Origin: Enterovibrio calviensis DSM 14347
Lineage (GTDB): Bacteria; Pseudomonadota; Gammaproteobacteria; Enterobacterales; Vibrionaceae
Assembly: GCF_000621165.1 (NCBI RefSeq)
Contig: NZ_JHZA01000010.1
Location: forward strand, 25,732-49,731
Direction: 5' to 3'
Length of the DNA: 24,000 nt
Each line of letters opens with the position of its first letter. Position 1 is the stretch's first letter. This document shows, piece after piece, positions 23,395 to 24,000 of the stretch. The notes beneath the pieces were generated by a model that searched no databases, had not been told where the DNA came from, and was given only the letters and a program-made list of their open reading frames with translations. The translations under genes and the position numbers were made by a program.

Positions 23395-24000
23395 CTAGCT
23401 AGCAGGTATTCGAAATCCACTCAGTCGCTTGCGCCCGAGCAACGGAAAAGCGACCTTAATGGATGATTCTGTGCCAATCATGGATCCTTTTTCTGCATGC
23501 TGGTAAGTGTCGAGCCATTCGGTTGAATCAAACCCTAAACGATTGAGTATCTCAGGCACCTGACTATCAATATGACCTCGTTTATCTTCACGGGTTTGAC
23601 GCCCAGTCCAATCAACAAGCTCTAGGTAATCCATCAAACGAAAAGGAATACCGTCTGGCATCTCTTGTCGAGGATTGCCCGCAAAAGGAAATAGGCATGG
23701 CGCGGTGTTTTCTGCTTTCCTTAGTGACTCAATACGCGTTTTGACGGATGTATATTCAGACGTTTCTGGTGTTTCCGCTATCGCAGCTCGTACTGGATTC
23801 AAATCAACATACGCCATCGCAGCAGCCAACGCTTATTCATCCAGTAATGCTTGGCTTTTGAAGCGGCCTTCCCAGAAATGTCCTGTGCATTTATCTTCTC
23901 GGTTTGCCTCTGATGAGATGTGCTGGTTGAGCAAACGCATAAACCAACTGATTGACGTTAGGCGCTCTCTCCACACCTCAGTGATTTCACTGCATCGTTC
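23395..24000 (-). pseudogene. Y1 (IS200/RAYT-like, COG1943-type) transposase homologue with in-frame TAA; 5' end outside window
   Basis: The minus-strand frame is open from nt 24000: ERCSEITEVWRERLTSISWFMRLLNQHISSEANREDKCTGHFWEGRFKSQALLDE-TAA(23835..23833)-ALAAAMAYVDLNPVRAAIAETPETSEYTSVK...DYLELVDWTGRQTREDKRG.... The conserved 'FWEGRFKSQALLDE.ALAA.MAYVDLNPVRA' block of this family is split by the stop. Confidence 0.7.

Noticed and set aside
20412-24000. Search for an integrase gene and an attR-type repeat of the tRNA-Asp 3' end to define a classical genomic island.
   Set aside because: By-eye translation found no integrase-like frame and no repeat of the tRNA 3' end inside the window. The island boundary, if any, cannot be called here.
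1-24000. CRISPR arrays, retron-like ncRNA/RT, toxin-antitoxin pairs and multi-gene defence operons.
   Set aside because: I saw no regularly spaced direct repeats, no reverse transcriptase and no small adjacent gene pairs with TA character. Apart from the REase-like ORF, I did not recognise any known defence-system component.
4147-24000. Possible functional link between the REP-like elements (4147, 14178) and the Y1/RAYT-like transposase pseudogene (23395-24000).
   Set aside because: There are only two repeat copies and neither flanks the transposase gene. The transposase is inactivated. Nothing beyond co-occurrence in the window supports a link.

Overview
All calls come from reading the sequence and the ORF track by eye; no database search was run. 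Gene content and synteny suggest a Vibrionaceae-type gammaproteobacterial chromosome segment (inference). About 20 kb is ordinary core or metabolic DNA, and the last ~3.5 kb is a decayed accessory islet next to a tRNA. Order, left to right: the 5' part of an MCP-like membrane sensor (-); a tandem SnoaL/NTF2-like protein (-); a 68-aa relic of an SF2 helicase; a LuxR-type HTH regulator fused to an apparently intact alpha/beta-hydrolase (+); a ~750-aa acidic lipoprotein of unknown function (+); a 1074-aa lipoprotein GH3 beta-glucosidase (-); a mannose module of manA (-), a PTS fructose-family EIIABC (-) and a divergent AraC regulator (+); an orphan PTS pair of EIIB plus a His-less HPr-like domain fused to EIIA (-), with no EIIC; a Cys-rich CWC/DUF5522-like protein (-); a DAACS symporter (+); an exported Nudix-PAP2 fusion (-); and a tRNA-Ser(UGA)-tRNA-Asp(GUC) operon (+). 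Directly 3' of tRNA-Asp the DNA becomes AT-rich. That stretch carries a solitary EcoRV-like PD-(D/E)xK nuclease gene with no methyltransferase partner, an IS10-like element whose transposase is frameshifted, and a Y1 (IS200/RAYT-like) transposase pseudogene running off the window. I found no CRISPR array, integrase or multi-gene defence operon. The strongest candidates for new biology are the solitary nuclease, the His-less HPr-EIIA/EIIB pair, the LuxR-hydrolase fusion and the exported Nudix-PAP2 fusion. All four are hypotheses that need homology or structure searches.
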